Source of the DNA: Candidatus Woesebacteria bacterium
GTDB taxonomy: Bacteria; Patescibacteriota; Microgenomatia; UBA1400; UBA12108
Direction: 5' to 3'
Length of the DNA stretch: 64,000 nucleotides
NCBI GenBank assembly: GCA_018060845.1
Contig: JAGOVG010000006.1
Coordinates: 3,502 to 67,501 of the forward strand
Positions 10,210 through 21,132 of the stretch are shown piece by piece; within the stretch, counting starts at the first letter, position 1; every line of letters starts with the position of its first letter. A model generated the notes under the pieces. The model saw only the letters and a program-made list of their open reading frames with translations. It had not been told where the DNA came from and made no database searches. Position numbers and translations under genes: made by a program.

Positions 10210-10782
10210 ATGAAAAACATTATCTTTTATGCTCCAGAGGGTGCCGGCAAATCTACTCAGGCTAAGATGTTGGCCGCCAAATTAGGCGTTCCCTGTCTCA
10301 TATCTGGCGACTTAGTTCGCTGGGGAGCCGAGTTTGATAAAGGATTAATCGGCGATGTCTGTCGCGAAGCCCTAGTTAAGGGTTATTACGTTGCAGATTC
10401 CGAGATGTTTGTTCTCTGGAAGGGTCGCCTCAAGCAGCCCGACACCCAGAATGGTTGGGTAATCGACGGGTTTCCTCGCAACATGACCCAGGCAGAGTTT
10501 TTGGCTGACAAAGTCGAAAAATATGGCAAAAAAATTGATGTCGTCTTCTACTTAAGAGTCAGCGAAGAAGTCAGTATGGAAAGACTTCTCAAGCGCGGCC
10601 GCAAGAATCCTGATGGCACAACCAACGATACCGAAGAACTAATCAGAGAGAGGCTTAGGCGTTACAAAGCCGAAGAAGCCTCAGTTCTAGAGCATTACAA
10701 GAATCAGGGCGTCCTCTTTGAGATCAATGGAGAGCAAGATGTTGAGACCGTCCACTCAGAGATCCTCGCTCATATTCAATAA
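10210..10782 (+). CDS. adk: Adenylate kinase
   Basis: ATG after GGAGAGAA; P-loop GAGKSTQA; follows secY. Confidence 0.8.
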   Translation: MKNIIFYAPEGAGKSTQAKMLAAKLGVPCLISGDLVRWGAEFDKGLIGDVCREALVKGYYVADSEMFVLWKGRLKQPDTQNGWVIDGFPRNMTQAEFLADKVEKYGKKIDVVFYLRVSEEVSMERLLKRGRKNPDGTTNDTEELIRERLRRYKAEEASVLEHYKNQGVLFEINGEQDVETVHSEILAHIQ

Positions 10783-10784
10783 TA

Positions 10785-11540
10785 ATGAACAAAATAGCTG
10801 CCATGACCATTGGGGGTGCCATGCTCGGTCGAGTCCGAGCTGCTCTCTATAAATATACTCAGGTCGGTGTTACTCCTGCTGAGATCGAAGCCGAATCACG
10901 GCGTTTAATCAAAGCCGAGGGTGGTGAGCTAAGCTTTACCAAAGTTCCTGGATATTCTTGGTCTACCTGTATCAACATTAATGACGGAGTGGTTCACGGC
11001 ATACCTATCAGTACGGTCCCGCTAAAAGATGGTGACATGGTCACGGTCGATGTCGGAGTTTACTATAAGGGATATCACACCGATGCAGCGTTCACCAAGG
11101 TCGTAGGTACTGCCACTCCCGTCCAAATCAAGTTCCTCCAGGCCGGAATGGAGGGGTTAAAAAATGCAATTAGCGCAGTTAAGCCTGGCAACTATATTGG
11201 CGATATCTCCGAAGCAATGGATTCGACCATCAAAAAATACGGCTACAGCTGCACTAAAGAGCTAACCGGACATGGTGTCGGCCGCGAGCTCCACGAAGAG
11301 CCTCTCATCAGTAACGTCGTGGTTGGTAAACGCGAAAAAACACCCTTGATCGAGGTAGGTTCTACGCTCGCAATCGAGATTATATACGTTGAGGGCAGTC
11401 CATCCCTCGTTATGGAAGAAGATAACTGGACGATTAGTACAAAAGATGGTAAAATTGCGGCCGTGCATGAAGAGACTGTTGTTGTAACTAATGACGGTTG
11501 TACTATTCTAACCACACCAACATTGTTTCAGATTACCTAA
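10785..11540 (+). CDS. map: Methionine aminopeptidase type I
   Basis: 251 aa; pita-bread fold sequence; conserved adk-map-infA order. Confidence 0.85.
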   Translation: MNKIAAMTIGGAMLGRVRAALYKYTQVGVTPAEIEAESRRLIKAEGGELSFTKVPGYSWSTCININDGVVHGIPISTVPLKDGDMVTVDVGVYYKGYHTDAAFTKVVGTATPVQIKFLQAGMEGLKNAISAVKPGNYIGDISEAMDSTIKKYGYSCTKELTGHGVGRELHEEPLISNVVVGKREKTPLIEVGSTLAIEIIYVEGSPSLVMEEDNWTISTKDGKIAAVHEETVVVTNDGCTILTTPTLFQIT

Positions 11541-11558
11541 TCTGGTACAATTCGCTCT

Positions 11559-11816
11559 ATGGCCAAAGCTAACGTCACTGAACATCTGGGTACTGTCACA
11601 TTGGCACTCCCAAACACGATGTTTAGAGTCACTTTGGAGAGTGGAGTAGAGATTTTGGCTCATCTATCAGGTAAGATGCGGATGTTCCGCATTAGCATAA
11701 TGCCTGGAGACAAAGTCAAAGTCGAGATGACACCTTACGACAACTCAAAAGGTCGTATTACTTATCGGGTCAGAGAAGGGCAGCAGATGCCAGTCTCAAA
11801 TCCAGAGGTTAAATAA
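11559..11816 (+). CDS. infA: Translation initiation factor IF-1
   Basis: 85 aa S1-like OB fold protein. Confidence 0.9.
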   Translation: MAKANVTEHLGTVTLALPNTMFRVTLESGVEILAHLSGKMRMFRISIMPGDKVKVEMTPYDNSKGRITYRVREGQQMPVSNPEVK

Positions 11817-11819
11817 CTT

Positions 11820-11933
11820 ATGAAAGTCCAAAGCTCACTAAAAAAACGCTGTCTCAAATGCAAGTTTGTTCGCCGCAAAGGTGTTTTATTTATTACCTGT
11901 GACAATCCTCGTCACAAACAAAAACAAGGATAA
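11820..11933 (+). CDS. rpmJ: 50S ribosomal protein L36
   Basis: Not in ORF track (37 aa): [37 protein letters not shown], zinc-ribbon C-x2-C...C-x4-H pattern. Confidence 0.9.
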   Translation: MKVQSSLKKRCLKCKFVRRKGVLFITCDNPRHKQKQG

Positions 11934-11940
11934 TTGTTTT

Positions 11941-12339
11941 ATGCTTCGTCTAGTTGGTATTGATCTTCCCGAAAACAAACGCATTGAAGTAGCGCTCACC
12001 TACATCTATGGCATTGGTCCAAAGATTGCTAAGGGTTTACTCTCAAGTGCCAAAATCAACCCAGACACTCGCGCCAAAGAACTAACAGCCCCAGAAGTCG
12101 CCAAACTCCAAAAACTCATCGAATCAGTCAAGGTAGAGGGAGATCTCCGAAAAGAAATCCGCGAAAACGTCCAGCGACTCAAGCGTATTAGTAGCTATCG
12201 TGGTTCACGTCACAATGCAGGGTTACCTGTTCGTGGTCAACGCACTCGCACTAATGGTCGCACACTCAGAGGCAAGAGGAAGACTATCGGCGCGATGAAA
12301 AAAGAAGACGCCGCCAAATTAGAGGCAACCAAAAAATAG
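11941..12339 (+). CDS. rpsM: 30S ribosomal protein S13
   Basis: Internal ATG (MLRLVGIDLPENKRIE...) of ORF 11866..12339. Confidence 0.9.
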   Translation: MLRLVGIDLPENKRIEVALTYIYGIGPKIAKGLLSSAKINPDTRAKELTAPEVAKLQKLIESVKVEGDLRKEIRENVQRLKRISSYRGSRHNAGLPVRGQRTRTNGRTLRGKRKTIGAMKKEDAAKLEATKK

Positions 12340-12349
12340 GATTTAAATT

Positions 12350-12721
12350 ATGGCAATAGCTTCAAACAAAACTACCATTACCGACGGCCGCATCTATGTT
12401 GTGGCAACATTTAACAACACTCTGATCACCATCACCGATGGATCAGGCAACACTGTTACTTGGAGCTCTACAGGCAAAGTTGGTTTTAAGGGCGCCCGCA
12501 AGTCTACCCCATTCGCCGCTACTCAAGCAGTTCAGGCCGCACTCGATGTCGCAAAGACAAAAGGACTGCGCTCCGCCGCTGTCTATATCAAGGGCCCAGG
12601 GCCAGGACGCGACGCCGCTCTTCGCGTTTTCCGTAGCGCAGGCATCAAAGTTACTGAACTACACGATGTTACTCCAGTTCCACACAATGGAACACGTGCA
12701 AAAAAACCACGTCATGGCTAA
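12350..12721 (+). CDS. rpsK: 30S ribosomal protein S11
   Basis: 123 aa. Confidence 0.95.
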   Translation: MAIASNKTTITDGRIYVVATFNNTLITITDGSGNTVTWSSTGKVGFKGARKSTPFAATQAVQAALDVAKTKGLRSAAVYIKGPGPGRDAALRVFRSAGIKVTELHDVTPVPHNGTRAKKPRHG

Positions 12722-12759
12722 AAACTTATTACTAAGTACTAAATAACTAGGAACTAAAT

Positions 12760-13368
12760 ATGGCACGCAATACTGGACCAAGAAACAAAATAGCTCGCCG
12801 CCTCGGCGTTGATTTGGGTCTCAAAACCAACACCAAATCACTGGAGCGTCGTTTGCAGTCTCCTCCCGGCCAGCACGGCAAAAAGGGTCGCGGCAAAATG
12901 TCAGACTACGGTATCCAGCTAGCAGAAAAGCAAAAAGTCAAAGCAATCTACGGCGTCCTAGAGCGTCAATTCTCTAAGTACTACGAGGTCGCTACCAAGA
13001 GTTCAGAAGCTACAGGTGAAGCCATGCTCTCACTCCTAGAACGCCGACTCGATAACGTAATCTATCGTCTCAAACTAGCTCCAACCCGAAGAGCTGCTCG
13101 CCAGATCGTCTCTCATGGTAATGCCATAGTTAACGGTCGCAAGTTAACGATTCCATCATATCGTGTGAACCCAGAAGATGTCATCACGCTTAGTGCAACT
13201 GGTCTTGCTATTCCTTCAGTCAAGCTCATGCAAGAAGAAAAAGACGTCCAGCTGCCATCTTGGCTAGAGAAAAAAGCCAGTGTCGGCAAAGTCACTCGTA
13301 TGCCAGTACGAGCCGACTTATCTGAAGTTATCAACGAACAATTAATCGTCGAATTTTATAGTCGCTAA
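12760..13368 (+). CDS. rpsD: 30S ribosomal protein S4
   Basis: 202 aa with S4 domain. Confidence 0.9.
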   Translation: MARNTGPRNKIARRLGVDLGLKTNTKSLERRLQSPPGQHGKKGRGKMSDYGIQLAEKQKVKAIYGVLERQFSKYYEVATKSSEATGEAMLSLLERRLDNVIYRLKLAPTRRAARQIVSHGNAIVNGRKLTIPSYRVNPEDVITLSATGLAIPSVKLMQEEKDVQLPSWLEKKASVGKVTRMPVRADLSEVINEQLIVEFYSR

Positions 13369-13385
13369 AAAGGGGGTACCTCGTT

Positions 13386-14291
13386 ATGAAAGCAATGAAT
13401 TTTCAGTTTAATGGAGTCGAAGAATCGGCCAAAAAAGGCATCTTTGCAGTCGAACCACTAGAGAATGGTTTTGGCCACACTCTAGGCAACTCACTTCGCC
13501 GCGTCCTCCTCTCTAGCTTCAAGGGTGCAGCCATTACTTCAGTTAAAGTGGCAGGTGTTAGTCACAAATTCTCAACCCTCGCCGGGATGAGTGAAGACAT
13601 GATCGACCTCATGCTTAACCTCAAATCTGTCAAAGTAGCATACGATGGCGACGAGATCCTAACCGCTACTCTCTCTGTCAAAGGTCCTAAGGTTGTCAAA
13701 GCTAGCGATATCACAACTCCAGCTAACGTTACTATCGTTAGTCCTGATGTAGTGATTGCAAACGTCGCCTCAGGCGCCAAGCTAGATCTAGAGATGACTA
13801 TCCAATCAGGATACGGTTACTCTCCAGCAGATGAGCGACCCACTGAGACACTCGGCGTCTTAGTTCTAGATGCCATCTACTCGCCAGTCGAGAGAGTTAG
13901 CTACCACGTCGAGTCTACTCGCGTCGGTCGCCGCACCGATTTTGACCGTCTAGTCATTGAGGTGATAACTGATGGTTCAATCTCTCCTCGTCAAGCAGTC
14001 ATCGATGCAGCAACTGTTCTAGTTGCAGCCTTTACACAGATTGTTTCACCAGCACCTGTGACCGATGGTGATGTTAGCGGCACGTCCTCTATCCTCGCCT
14101 CAGTCTCAACCGATGATCTAGGTCTTCCTACTCGTGTAGCCAACGCTCTCAAAAATGCCGGTCTCTCAACCGCAGCTGAGTTAGCCAAAGCTACCGATAA
14201 AGATTTAAAGAATGTCAAAAATCTCGGTGAAAAATCATTTGGATTAATTGATGATGCCTTAAGTACAAAAGGTCTAACTCGTACTAAATAA
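13386..14291 (+). CDS. rpoA: DNA-directed RNA polymerase subunit alpha
   Basis: 301 aa; N-terminal dimerisation domain and C-terminal domain; alpha operon position. Confidence 0.9.
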   Translation: MKAMNFQFNGVEESAKKGIFAVEPLENGFGHTLGNSLRRVLLSSFKGAAITSVKVAGVSHKFSTLAGMSEDMIDLMLNLKSVKVAYDGDEILTATLSVKGPKVVKASDITTPANVTIVSPDVVIANVASGAKLDLEMTIQSGYGYSPADERPTETLGVLVLDAIYSPVERVSYHVESTRVGRRTDFDRLVIEVITDGSISPRQAVIDAATVLVAAFTQIVSPAPVTDGDVSGTSSILASVSTDDLGLPTRVANALKNAGLSTAAELAKATDKDLKNVKNLGEKSFGLIDDALSTKGLTRTK

Positions 14292-14293
14292 CT

Positions 14294-14830
14294 ATGAAAA
14301 AACACACATCTAATTATCATCTCTCTCGTGATTCTCAGGCTCGCAAGGCTTTATTCAAAGGCTTGATTCGCAGCATGATTCAAAAAGAGAAAATCACGAC
14401 GACTACAACCAAAGCAGCAGCGACTCGCCCTATTTTTGAGAAACTGCTAACCAAAGCTAAGATTGGAACAGTCGCCAAGATCAGAGAGATTCATGCGTTC
14501 TTAGGTGACAACACCCTAGTCTCACAGCTAGTTCACGAGATTGCTCCTAGGTACAAAGATGTGATTGGTGGTTATACCAAAATAGTTAGATATGGTACTC
14601 GTAGGGGCGACAACGCGACTATGGTTATCTGGAGTCTTACTAAACAAAAAGCACTAACTGCTCCCAAAAAAGAAACCGAAAAAGAAGTCAAAGAGGCAGT
14701 CGTAGCTAAACCCAAAAAAGAATCAGTCAAAAAAGCCACTGTGTCCCAGCGTAGCTTAAAAAGCGAAGTCGGGAAAGCCAACACCGTTAAACTTGCTCCA
14801 AGTCGTGCAGGTAAGAGAGGGGACAAATGA
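14294..14830 (+). CDS. rplQ: 50S ribosomal protein L17 with Lys/Ala-rich C-terminal extension
   Basis: 178 aa; L17 core (about 120 aa) plus about 55 aa basic low-complexity tail. Confidence 0.85.
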   Translation: MKKHTSNYHLSRDSQARKALFKGLIRSMIQKEKITTTTTKAAATRPIFEKLLTKAKIGTVAKIREIHAFLGDNTLVSQLVHEIAPRYKDVIGGYTKIVRYGTRRGDNATMVIWSLTKQKALTAPKKETEKEVKEAVVAKPKKESVKKATVSQRSLKSEVGKANTVKLAPSRAGKRGDK

Positions 14831-15252
14831 AAACACTTCCTAGTAAATCAGCAGACGTTAAGCGAGATTGGCATCTATTTGATGCAAACGGCCTAACTCT
14901 CGGCAGGCTTAGTACTCAGATTTCTACTCTATTACTAGGCAAACACAAAGCCACCTTCTCAACCAACATTGATAGTGGAGATTTTGTAGTTGTAATCAAT
15001 ACCGACAAAATCAAAGTTACTGGTGCCAAACTAACCGACAAGTTTTACTACCGTCACTCCGGATTCCCTGGTGGCTTCAAAAAGACCTCGGTTGGGGAAC
15101 AGCTAGCTAAAGATAGTCGCAAAGTCATCGAGCATGCAGTTTCCGGGATGATCCCTCATAACAAGCTACATGACCCAAGACTTCGCCGTCTCAAAGCATA
15201 CAAAGGGGATACACATCCTCATCAGTCACAGTTTAACAAGGAGTCTAAATGA
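14827..15252 (+). CDS. rplM: 50S ribosomal protein L13
   Basis: 141 aa. Confidence 0.9.
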   Translation: MKTLPSKSADVKRDWHLFDANGLTLGRLSTQISTLLLGKHKATFSTNIDSGDFVVVINTDKIKVTGAKLTDKFYYRHSGFPGGFKKTSVGEQLAKDSRKVIEHAVSGMIPHNKLHDPRLRRLKAYKGDTHPHQSQFNKESK

Positions 15253-15671
15253 AAAAAACTGATTACACTTATGCCGTTGGCCGTCGCAAAACCGCTATAG
15301 CTCGCGTCCGACTCTATCCTAAAGCTTCAGTCCCAGGACACGAGGGTGTTCAGCTCGTAGTTAACGACAAAGCAGCCGAAGTCTACTTTGGTGGTAACGC
15401 CGAAAAGAACCAATACCGACTTCCCTTTATCGTGACCGAGACCTTAACCAAAATGTCTGCCTCAATCAAAGTTGTTGGTGGTGGTACCCAAGCTCAGCTA
15501 GGTGCTCTCGTTCATGGTATAGCTCGCGCCTTAACCAAGCTAGATACCGAAAAATATCGCGCTATCCTCAAAACCGCAGGTCTTTTGACACGTGATCCAC
15601 GTGCCAAAGAACGTCGCAAGGTTGGTACGGGTGGCAAGGCCCGCCGCGCCAAGCAATCTCCAAAGCGTTAA
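15249..15671 (+). CDS. rpsI: 30S ribosomal protein S9
   Basis: 140 aa ending ...KQSPKR. Confidence 0.9.
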   Translation: MKKTDYTYAVGRRKTAIARVRLYPKASVPGHEGVQLVVNDKAAEVYFGGNAEKNQYRLPFIVTETLTKMSASIKVVGGGTQAQLGALVHGIARALTKLDTEKYRAILKTAGLLTRDPRAKERRKVGTGGKARRAKQSPKR

Positions 15672-15775
15672 AGTTTTCTTCGCATCAATTGTTATATTTC
15701 GACATGGTTGACATTCGGGTGTGTTTTGGGTCATAGTGGGGTTATAGATATTTATTTCTGCCCAAAGGAGTAATT

Positions 15776-16819
15776 ATGGCCAAAGCCACGAGTGTAAACG
15801 ATAACCCAAAAACTAATCTTCAATCAGAAAAACTTCAGGCTATTAAAGTAGCCATGGAGCAGATCGACAAACAATTTGGTGCCGGCTCCATCATGAAGCT
15901 AGGCACTTCTCACCACATGGACATAGAGAGTATTCCAACCTCCGCTATGGCACTCGATTTGGCTCTTGGTATTGGCGGCTTCCCTCGCGGACGCATCACC
16001 GAGATCTACGGCCCAGAAGCTTCGGGCAAAACCACAGTCTGTCTCCATGTTATTGCGGAAGCTCAAAAGAAGGGTGGCACTGCCGCCTTTATCGATGCCG
16101 AGCACGCACTGGACCCCGCTCGCGCCAAGTCACTTGGCGTTAATCTAGACGAACTCTTAATCTCTCAACCTGATACAGGTGAGCAAGCACTCGAAATTGC
16201 CGAGACCTTAATAAGGTCTGGTGCAGTAGATGTAATAGTGGTTGACTCTGTAGCCGCACTCGTACCAAAAGCCGAAATCGAAGGCGAGATGGGTGATGCT
16301 GTCATGGGTATGCAGGCACGTCTCATGAGTCAGGCACTAAGGAAGCTTACTGGCGCAATCAGCAAGAGTAATGCTGTTATGATCTTTACCAATCAGCTCC
16401 GAATGAAGATCGGCGTCATGTTTGGCAACCCCGAAACTACTGCAGGTGGACAAGCCCTCAAGTTTTATGCCTCAGTTCGCATAGACATGCGCAAGATCGG
16501 TAACATCACCGAAGGTGAGGTAATTATCGGGAGTCGTCACCGCGCTAAGATCGTCAAAAACAAAGTAAGCCCTCCATTCAAAGTAGCCGAGTTTGATATG
16601 ACCGCGACCGGTATCAGTCGCTCCGGTGGAGTCCTGGATGTCGCAGTCGAACAAAGTATCATAGAAAAATCTGGCAGCTTCTTTAAGTACAAAGGCGAGA
16701 TGCTCGCGCAGGGCCGTGAAGCCACCAAGGCAGTGCTCGAAGAAAAGCCAGAGCTCATGAAAAAGATCGAAAAAGAAATCTGGGACAAAATAAGAGTCAA
16801 AGATGCCGCAGATAAGTAG
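15776..16819 (+). CDS. recA: Recombinase RecA
   Basis: 347 aa; Walker [10 protein letters not shown]; canonical RecA core. Confidence 0.95.
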   Translation: MAKATSVNDNPKTNLQSEKLQAIKVAMEQIDKQFGAGSIMKLGTSHHMDIESIPTSAMALDLALGIGGFPRGRITEIYGPEASGKTTVCLHVIAEAQKKGGTAAFIDAEHALDPARAKSLGVNLDELLISQPDTGEQALEIAETLIRSGAVDVIVVDSVAALVPKAEIEGEMGDAVMGMQARLMSQALRKLTGAISKSNAVMIFTNQLRMKIGVMFGNPETTAGGQALKFYASVRIDMRKIGNITEGEVIIGSRHRAKIVKNKVSPPFKVAEFDMTATGISRSGGVLDVAVEQSIIEKSGSFFKYKGEMLAQGREATKAVLEEKPELMKKIEKEIWDKIRVKDAADK

Positions 16820-17402
16820 GCTCCAAGCCGGCAAAAAGAACCCGGGTCGGATCAACCTGTATTTAGATGGTGAGTTTGCCTTTGCACTAACGCTCGACGA
16901 AGTGGTCAAAAATGGGCTCAAAAAAGGACTCGAGTTAACAGAGGATCAGGTAGCGGCACTCAAAAAAAACGACGATCTTAACTGGGCATATACCAAGATC
17001 CTAAACTACTTGTCGTTTCGCCCTCACTCCGAGTTTGAGGTAAGATCCAGACTCAAAAAATACGATGTTACAGAAATTGATAGTATTGACTGGATTATTA
17101 ACAAACTAAAAGATCATAACTACCTCAGCGACCTAGATTTTGCCAGATGGTTTGTCGAGAGCAGGATGGGCAATAGGCCACGCTCCAAACAGCACCTATC
17201 CGCCGAGCTGCGTGCCAAGGGAGTCGATGCAACTGTCATCAACCAGATTCTCTCAAATATTGACGAAACAGGCCCTCTCGAAGCACTAATAGCCAAAAAA
17301 TCTACACTTTCGCGTGACAAATTAATCCAGTTTTTGATGCGCCGAGGGTTTAAATACGCAGCAGTCCAGGCCAAACTGGACGAGATGGGCATAAAAGGGT
17401 AG
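16803..17402 (+). CDS. recX: Regulatory protein RecX
   Basis: 199 aa helical-repeat protein immediately after and overlapping recA. Confidence 0.75.
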   Translation: MPQISRLQAGKKNPGRINLYLDGEFAFALTLDEVVKNGLKKGLELTEDQVAALKKNDDLNWAYTKILNYLSFRPHSEFEVRSRLKKYDVTEIDSIDWIINKLKDHNYLSDLDFARWFVESRMGNRPRSKQHLSAELRAKGVDATVINQILSNIDETGPLEALIAKKSTLSRDKLIQFLMRRGFKYAAVQAKLDEMGIKG

Positions 17403-17477
17403 AATGTTGTCTACCATTAGAAAACACGCAAATTATTTATGTGCAACAGTAGCGTCACTTCAGCCTAATCAAATAAT

Positions 17478-17500
17478 AACCCAGCTTGGGTTACTTTTTC
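17478..17500 (+). terminator. Intrinsic terminator after recA-recX (aaccca-gctt-gggtt + T-run)
   Basis: Stem-loop followed by ACTTTTTC. Confidence 0.5.
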
Positions 17501-17552
17501 GGCTCGCGTAATTTTCTAAGGTAATTATAGGTAGTTTTAGAGGATCAAGTAT

Positions 17553-19094
17553 ATGAGTTTACTCTTAAAATCATTATTAAATACGTTCAAAAAGAACAAA
17601 ACAGCGACTAAGGTGGCAACACCTAAGGTCGAGGTCAAAAAAGAAGAAAAGAAAACAGAAAAAGTCGTCGCTGCCGCTGTAGAGAACAAGGCAGTAACGC
17701 TGCAAGCAGAAACCACCGCAAAAGAAATTATCAATTTTGCGCGTGAAGAAGCCGAGAAGATCAGGGCTAGTGCCAAAGCCGAGATGGACGAGCTAAAGCG
17801 TTCTCTCAAAGGCATCGAAGACAAGCTAAAATCAGATGAGGCTAATTTGCGCTCCAAAGGCGACAGTCTAGCTCGCACCGAAAACGATCTCGCCGCCAAG
17901 AACAAGGCTGTCGAAGATCTAAAAATTCAGATCGAAGAGCTCAAGAAAAAGCAGGTCGAAAAACTAGAAAAGATCAGTAGCTTAACTCGCGACAAAGCCA
18001 AAGAAATCCTACTCGAAGCAGTCGACAAAAAACTAACCAGAGAGATCGCCGAGCGGATCAGAGAAGCAGAGGCTAAGGTTAGAGAAGAAGCCGAGCAAAA
18101 AGCTCAGGAGATCCTCGTCGACACAATCTACCATGGTGCGACTGATTATGTAGCAGAGTACACTATTAGTACAGTCAAGATCCCCGACGATGATGTAAAG
18201 GGTCGTATCATCGGCAAAGACGGTCGCAATATCCGAACTTTCGAAAAAGTAACAGGTATCGACATCGACATGGACGAGACACCGGGTGTCATTCGTCTCT
18301 CTAGTTACGACTCAGTTCGCCGAGAGATAGCACGTGTCGCTCTAGAGCGCCTCATCAAAGATGGCCGCATCCAGCCCACTCGCATCGAAGAATACGTCAG
18401 CAAAGCCAAAAGAGACATTGAGAAGATCATGTTCGAAGAGGGCAAACGTCTCTGCCATGCAGTCGGCGCCTTTAACGTTCCTCACGAGCTAATGGGTATT
18501 CTCGGTCGCTTTAAGTACCGTACCAGTTACGGTCAGAACATGCTTAGTCACACCCTCGAAGAGACTAAGATGGGTATGAACCTAGCATCAGAGCTCAAAG
18601 CTAATGTCGACATTGTCCGGCTCGGCTGTCTCTTCCATGACATCGGTAAGATCGTAACCGACGAAGAGGGTAGTCACGTCGACTTAGGCGTCAAGCTCCT
18701 GCAAAAATACAACATGCCAAAACCTGTTGTTGATGCAGTGGCCCAGCACCACGAAGACACCGAGTTCACAAGTAAAGAATCGATTATCGTCTACATTGCC
18801 GATGCGATCTCTGGTGCTAGACCTGGTGCACGTTACGACAATATCGAAGAGTACACTACTAGACTGCGTAGTATCGAAGATATAGCCATGAGTAAGCCAG
18901 GTGTCTACGAAGCCTACGCTATCAGCGCCGGTCGCGAAGTCAGGGTCATGGTTGACCCAGGCAAAGCAACTGACGATGAGGCAGTACGCTTAGCTAGCGA
19001 CATCAGAGACGAGATCAAAGCCAAGCTGACCTATCCTGGTACAGTGACAGTGACCGTGATCCGCGAGCTGCGTGCCCAACAGGTTGCTAAATAA
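17553..19094 (+). CDS. rny: Ribonuclease Y
   Basis: 513 aa; N-terminal anchor/coiled coil, KH domain (IIGKDGRNIR), HD domain (LFHDIGK). Confidence 0.9.
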   Translation: MSLLLKSLLNTFKKNKTATKVATPKVEVKKEEKKTEKVVAAAVENKAVTLQAETTAKEIINFAREEAEKIRASAKAEMDELKRSLKGIEDKLKSDEANLRSKGDSLARTENDLAAKNKAVEDLKIQIEELKKKQVEKLEKISSLTRDKAKEILLEAVDKKLTREIAERIREAEAKVREEAEQKAQEILVDTIYHGATDYVAEYTISTVKIPDDDVKGRIIGKDGRNIRTFEKVTGIDIDMDETPGVIRLSSYDSVRREIARVALERLIKDGRIQPTRIEEYVSKAKRDIEKIMFEEGKRLCHAVGAFNVPHELMGILGRFKYRTSYGQNMLSHTLEETKMGMNLASELKANVDIVRLGCLFHDIGKIVTDEEGSHVDLGVKLLQKYNMPKPVVDAVAQHHEDTEFTSKESIIVYIADAISGARPGARYDNIEEYTTRLRSIEDIAMSKPGVYEAYAISAGREVRVMVDPGKATDDEAVRLASDIRDEIKAKLTYPGTVTVTVIRELRAQQVAK

Positions 19095-19139
19095 ATACAA
19101 AATACTAGGCTTGCCCTGAGCGGGCCGAAGGGAGATAAA

Positions 19140-19415
19140 ATGAAGAAATCAGACTTCTACGACATCGTCGCCAAAAACGCCCACATGACCAAAAAAACTG
19201 CCAAGGATGCAATCGACAGCTTCTTAGGCGAAGTGGTTAAGACTCTCAAAAAAGGTGACAAAGTTGTCCTATCTGGCGTTGGCACGCTCTCAGTTGGCAA
19301 GGTTGGACCCAAAGACGTTGTTCCATTTGGCAATAGTGAAAAGAGGGTCACAGTTAAGTCTCATCACGTCGTCAACTTCAAAGTTGCCAAGCCACTAAAA
19401 AAGGTTATCTGGTAA
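19140..19415 (+). CDS. hup: HU/IHF-family DNA-binding protein
   Basis: 91 aa; DNA-binding arm with GK...P motif. Confidence 0.8.
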   Translation: MKKSDFYDIVAKNAHMTKKTAKDAIDSFLGEVVKTLKKGDKVVLSGVGTLSVGKVGPKDVVPFGNSEKRVTVKSHHVVNFKVAKPLKKVIW

Positions 19416-19424
19416 CATTGTAAT

Positions 19425-20348
19425 ATGTCTGTAATCTCGGTCGACCACCTAACCAAGTCCTACCAAACTCAAAAAAAACGTGAAGGACTAGCTGGATCAT
19501 TAAAGGATCTGGTCTCTCCAGTCTACGAGAGCAAGCACGCAGTAAAGGACATTAGCTTTTCAATCGAGCCAGGGGAGCTAGTTGGTTTTATCGGCCCCAA
19601 CGGTGCCGGCAAAACTACAACGCTTAAGACCTTGTCCGGTCTACTCTATCCAACTAGCGGCAGTGTCCGGGTGCTTGGCCAAGACCCATGGGATCGCAAG
19701 GATTCGTTTCTACGCTCCATTAGTTTAGTCATGGGTCAAAAGAACCAGCTCTGGTGGGATCTGCCCGCGAGCGAGAGCTTTGCTCTTAACCGTGATATTT
19801 ATAACATTCCCGAGAATCTTTATAAGAAAAACCTAAATAATCTTGTTGAGATGCTAGAGCTAAAAGACGTCTTAAACGTCCAGGTTCGCAAGCTATCGCT
19901 CGGTCAGCGCATGAAAGCTGAGTTAGTCGCAGCACTCCTTCATGATCCCAAAGTACTCTTCCTTGACGAGCCAACCATTGGTTTAGATGTGACTATGCAG
20001 TCTCAGGTTAGACAGTTCATCAAATCATATAATCAGTCACACGATGGTGCCATCATGTTGACCAGTCACTACATGGCCGACGTTGTCGAGCTCTGTAAGA
20101 GAGTCATAATTATTAGTGAGGGGACTATTCTCTACGACGGCGCTTTATCAGGTGTAATTTCTAAGTTTAGTAGTCACAAAATAGTCGAAGTAATCCTAGA
20201 AGGTGGTGTCACCAAAACCTACAAAGTCCCTCGCGGCAAAATAGCCGAGAGGACCTCAAAATTACTCAAAGAGCTCCCAGTCATCGACATCAACATCAAA
20301 GAAGTCGCGATCGAAGATATAATTCGACAGGTCTTCGCCAACAAATGA
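19425..20348 (+). CDS. ABC transporter ATP-binding protein
   Basis: Walker A GPNGAGKTT; signature LSLGQRMK; Walker B LFLDEPT. Confidence 0.85.
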   Translation: MSVISVDHLTKSYQTQKKREGLAGSLKDLVSPVYESKHAVKDISFSIEPGELVGFIGPNGAGKTTTLKTLSGLLYPTSGSVRVLGQDPWDRKDSFLRSISLVMGQKNQLWWDLPASESFALNRDIYNIPENLYKKNLNNLVEMLELKDVLNVQVRKLSLGQRMKAELVAALLHDPKVLFLDEPTIGLDVTMQSQVRQFIKSYNQSHDGAIMLTSHYMADVVELCKRVIIISEGTILYDGALSGVISKFSSHKIVEVILEGGVTKTYKVPRGKIAERTSKLLKELPVIDINIKEVAIEDIIRQVFANK

Positions 20349-21130
20349 AAAAGTATCTCTCTATTTTTTCCATAACGCTACAAGAATATTTTGTCTATCG
20401 ACTAAACATGTTTATGTGGCGCGTTAGGCAAATTTTCGTTTTCTTGCTCCCATATTTCCTCTGGCGCGCAGTCTTAGGCGGTGGGGGTGATATTTATGGT
20501 TACGACTTTGGCAGTATCATGACTTACCTTTTTGGTACCACCATCTTGAGGTCACTCGTTATGGGTAGTCGTACAGTTGATCTCGGTTGGATGATCAATA
20601 GTGGTATGTTAACGATTCCACTGATGCGCCCACTCAACATGTTTGCATTTTTACTGTCGCGCGATGCGGCCGATAAACTCTTTAATTTAAGCTTTATGTT
20701 TATAGAGATCCCTCTCATCCTCCTGGTCTTTAAGCCACCAGTGTTTCTACAGACTGATGCATACACTCTCATGCTCGCAATTGTCTCTATTATCTTTGCT
20801 ATCCTCATTTATTTCTTTATTAACATAATCTTTGGCTCCCTCGGCTTCTGGACTCGCGATGTCTGGGCCCCACGCTTCCTTCTTATGGTAATCCTCGAGT
20901 TTGCAACCGGCGCCATGTTCCCACTTGATATGCTCTCAAATCTCTGGCAGAAAGTACTACTCTGGACGCCGTTCCCTTACCTTCTCTTTATCCCACTACG
21001 TATCTACCTAGGTAGTAGCGAAACAATAATGTATTTACTGGGTCAAGCTATTTGGGTAGTCCTGCTCTATCTACTCTCTCGTTATGTTTGGAAGCGCGGA
21101 CTACTCCGTTACGAAGCGGAGGGCCGCTAG
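20345..21130 (+). CDS. ABC-2 family permease
   Basis: 261 aa with about 6 TM helices; translationally coupled to the ATPase. Confidence 0.7.
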   Translation: MKKYLSIFSITLQEYFVYRLNMFMWRVRQIFVFLLPYFLWRAVLGGGGDIYGYDFGSIMTYLFGTTILRSLVMGSRTVDLGWMINSGMLTIPLMRPLNMFAFLLSRDAADKLFNLSFMFIEIPLILLVFKPPVFLQTDAYTLMLAIVSIIFAILIYFFINIIFGSLGFWTRDVWAPRFLLMVILEFATGAMFPLDMLSNLWQKVLLWTPFPYLLFIPLRIYLGSSETIMYLLGQAIWVVLLYLLSRYVWKRGLLRYEAEGR

Positions 21131-21132
21131 GT

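Noticed and set aside
16472-16921. 149-aa minus-strand ORF spanning the recA/recX junction
   Set aside because: Antisense to two well-supported genes.
17537-17905. 122-aa minus-strand ORF within the rny 5' region
   Set aside because: Low-complexity Ser/Ala-rich translation of the antisense of the RNase Y coiled-coil region.
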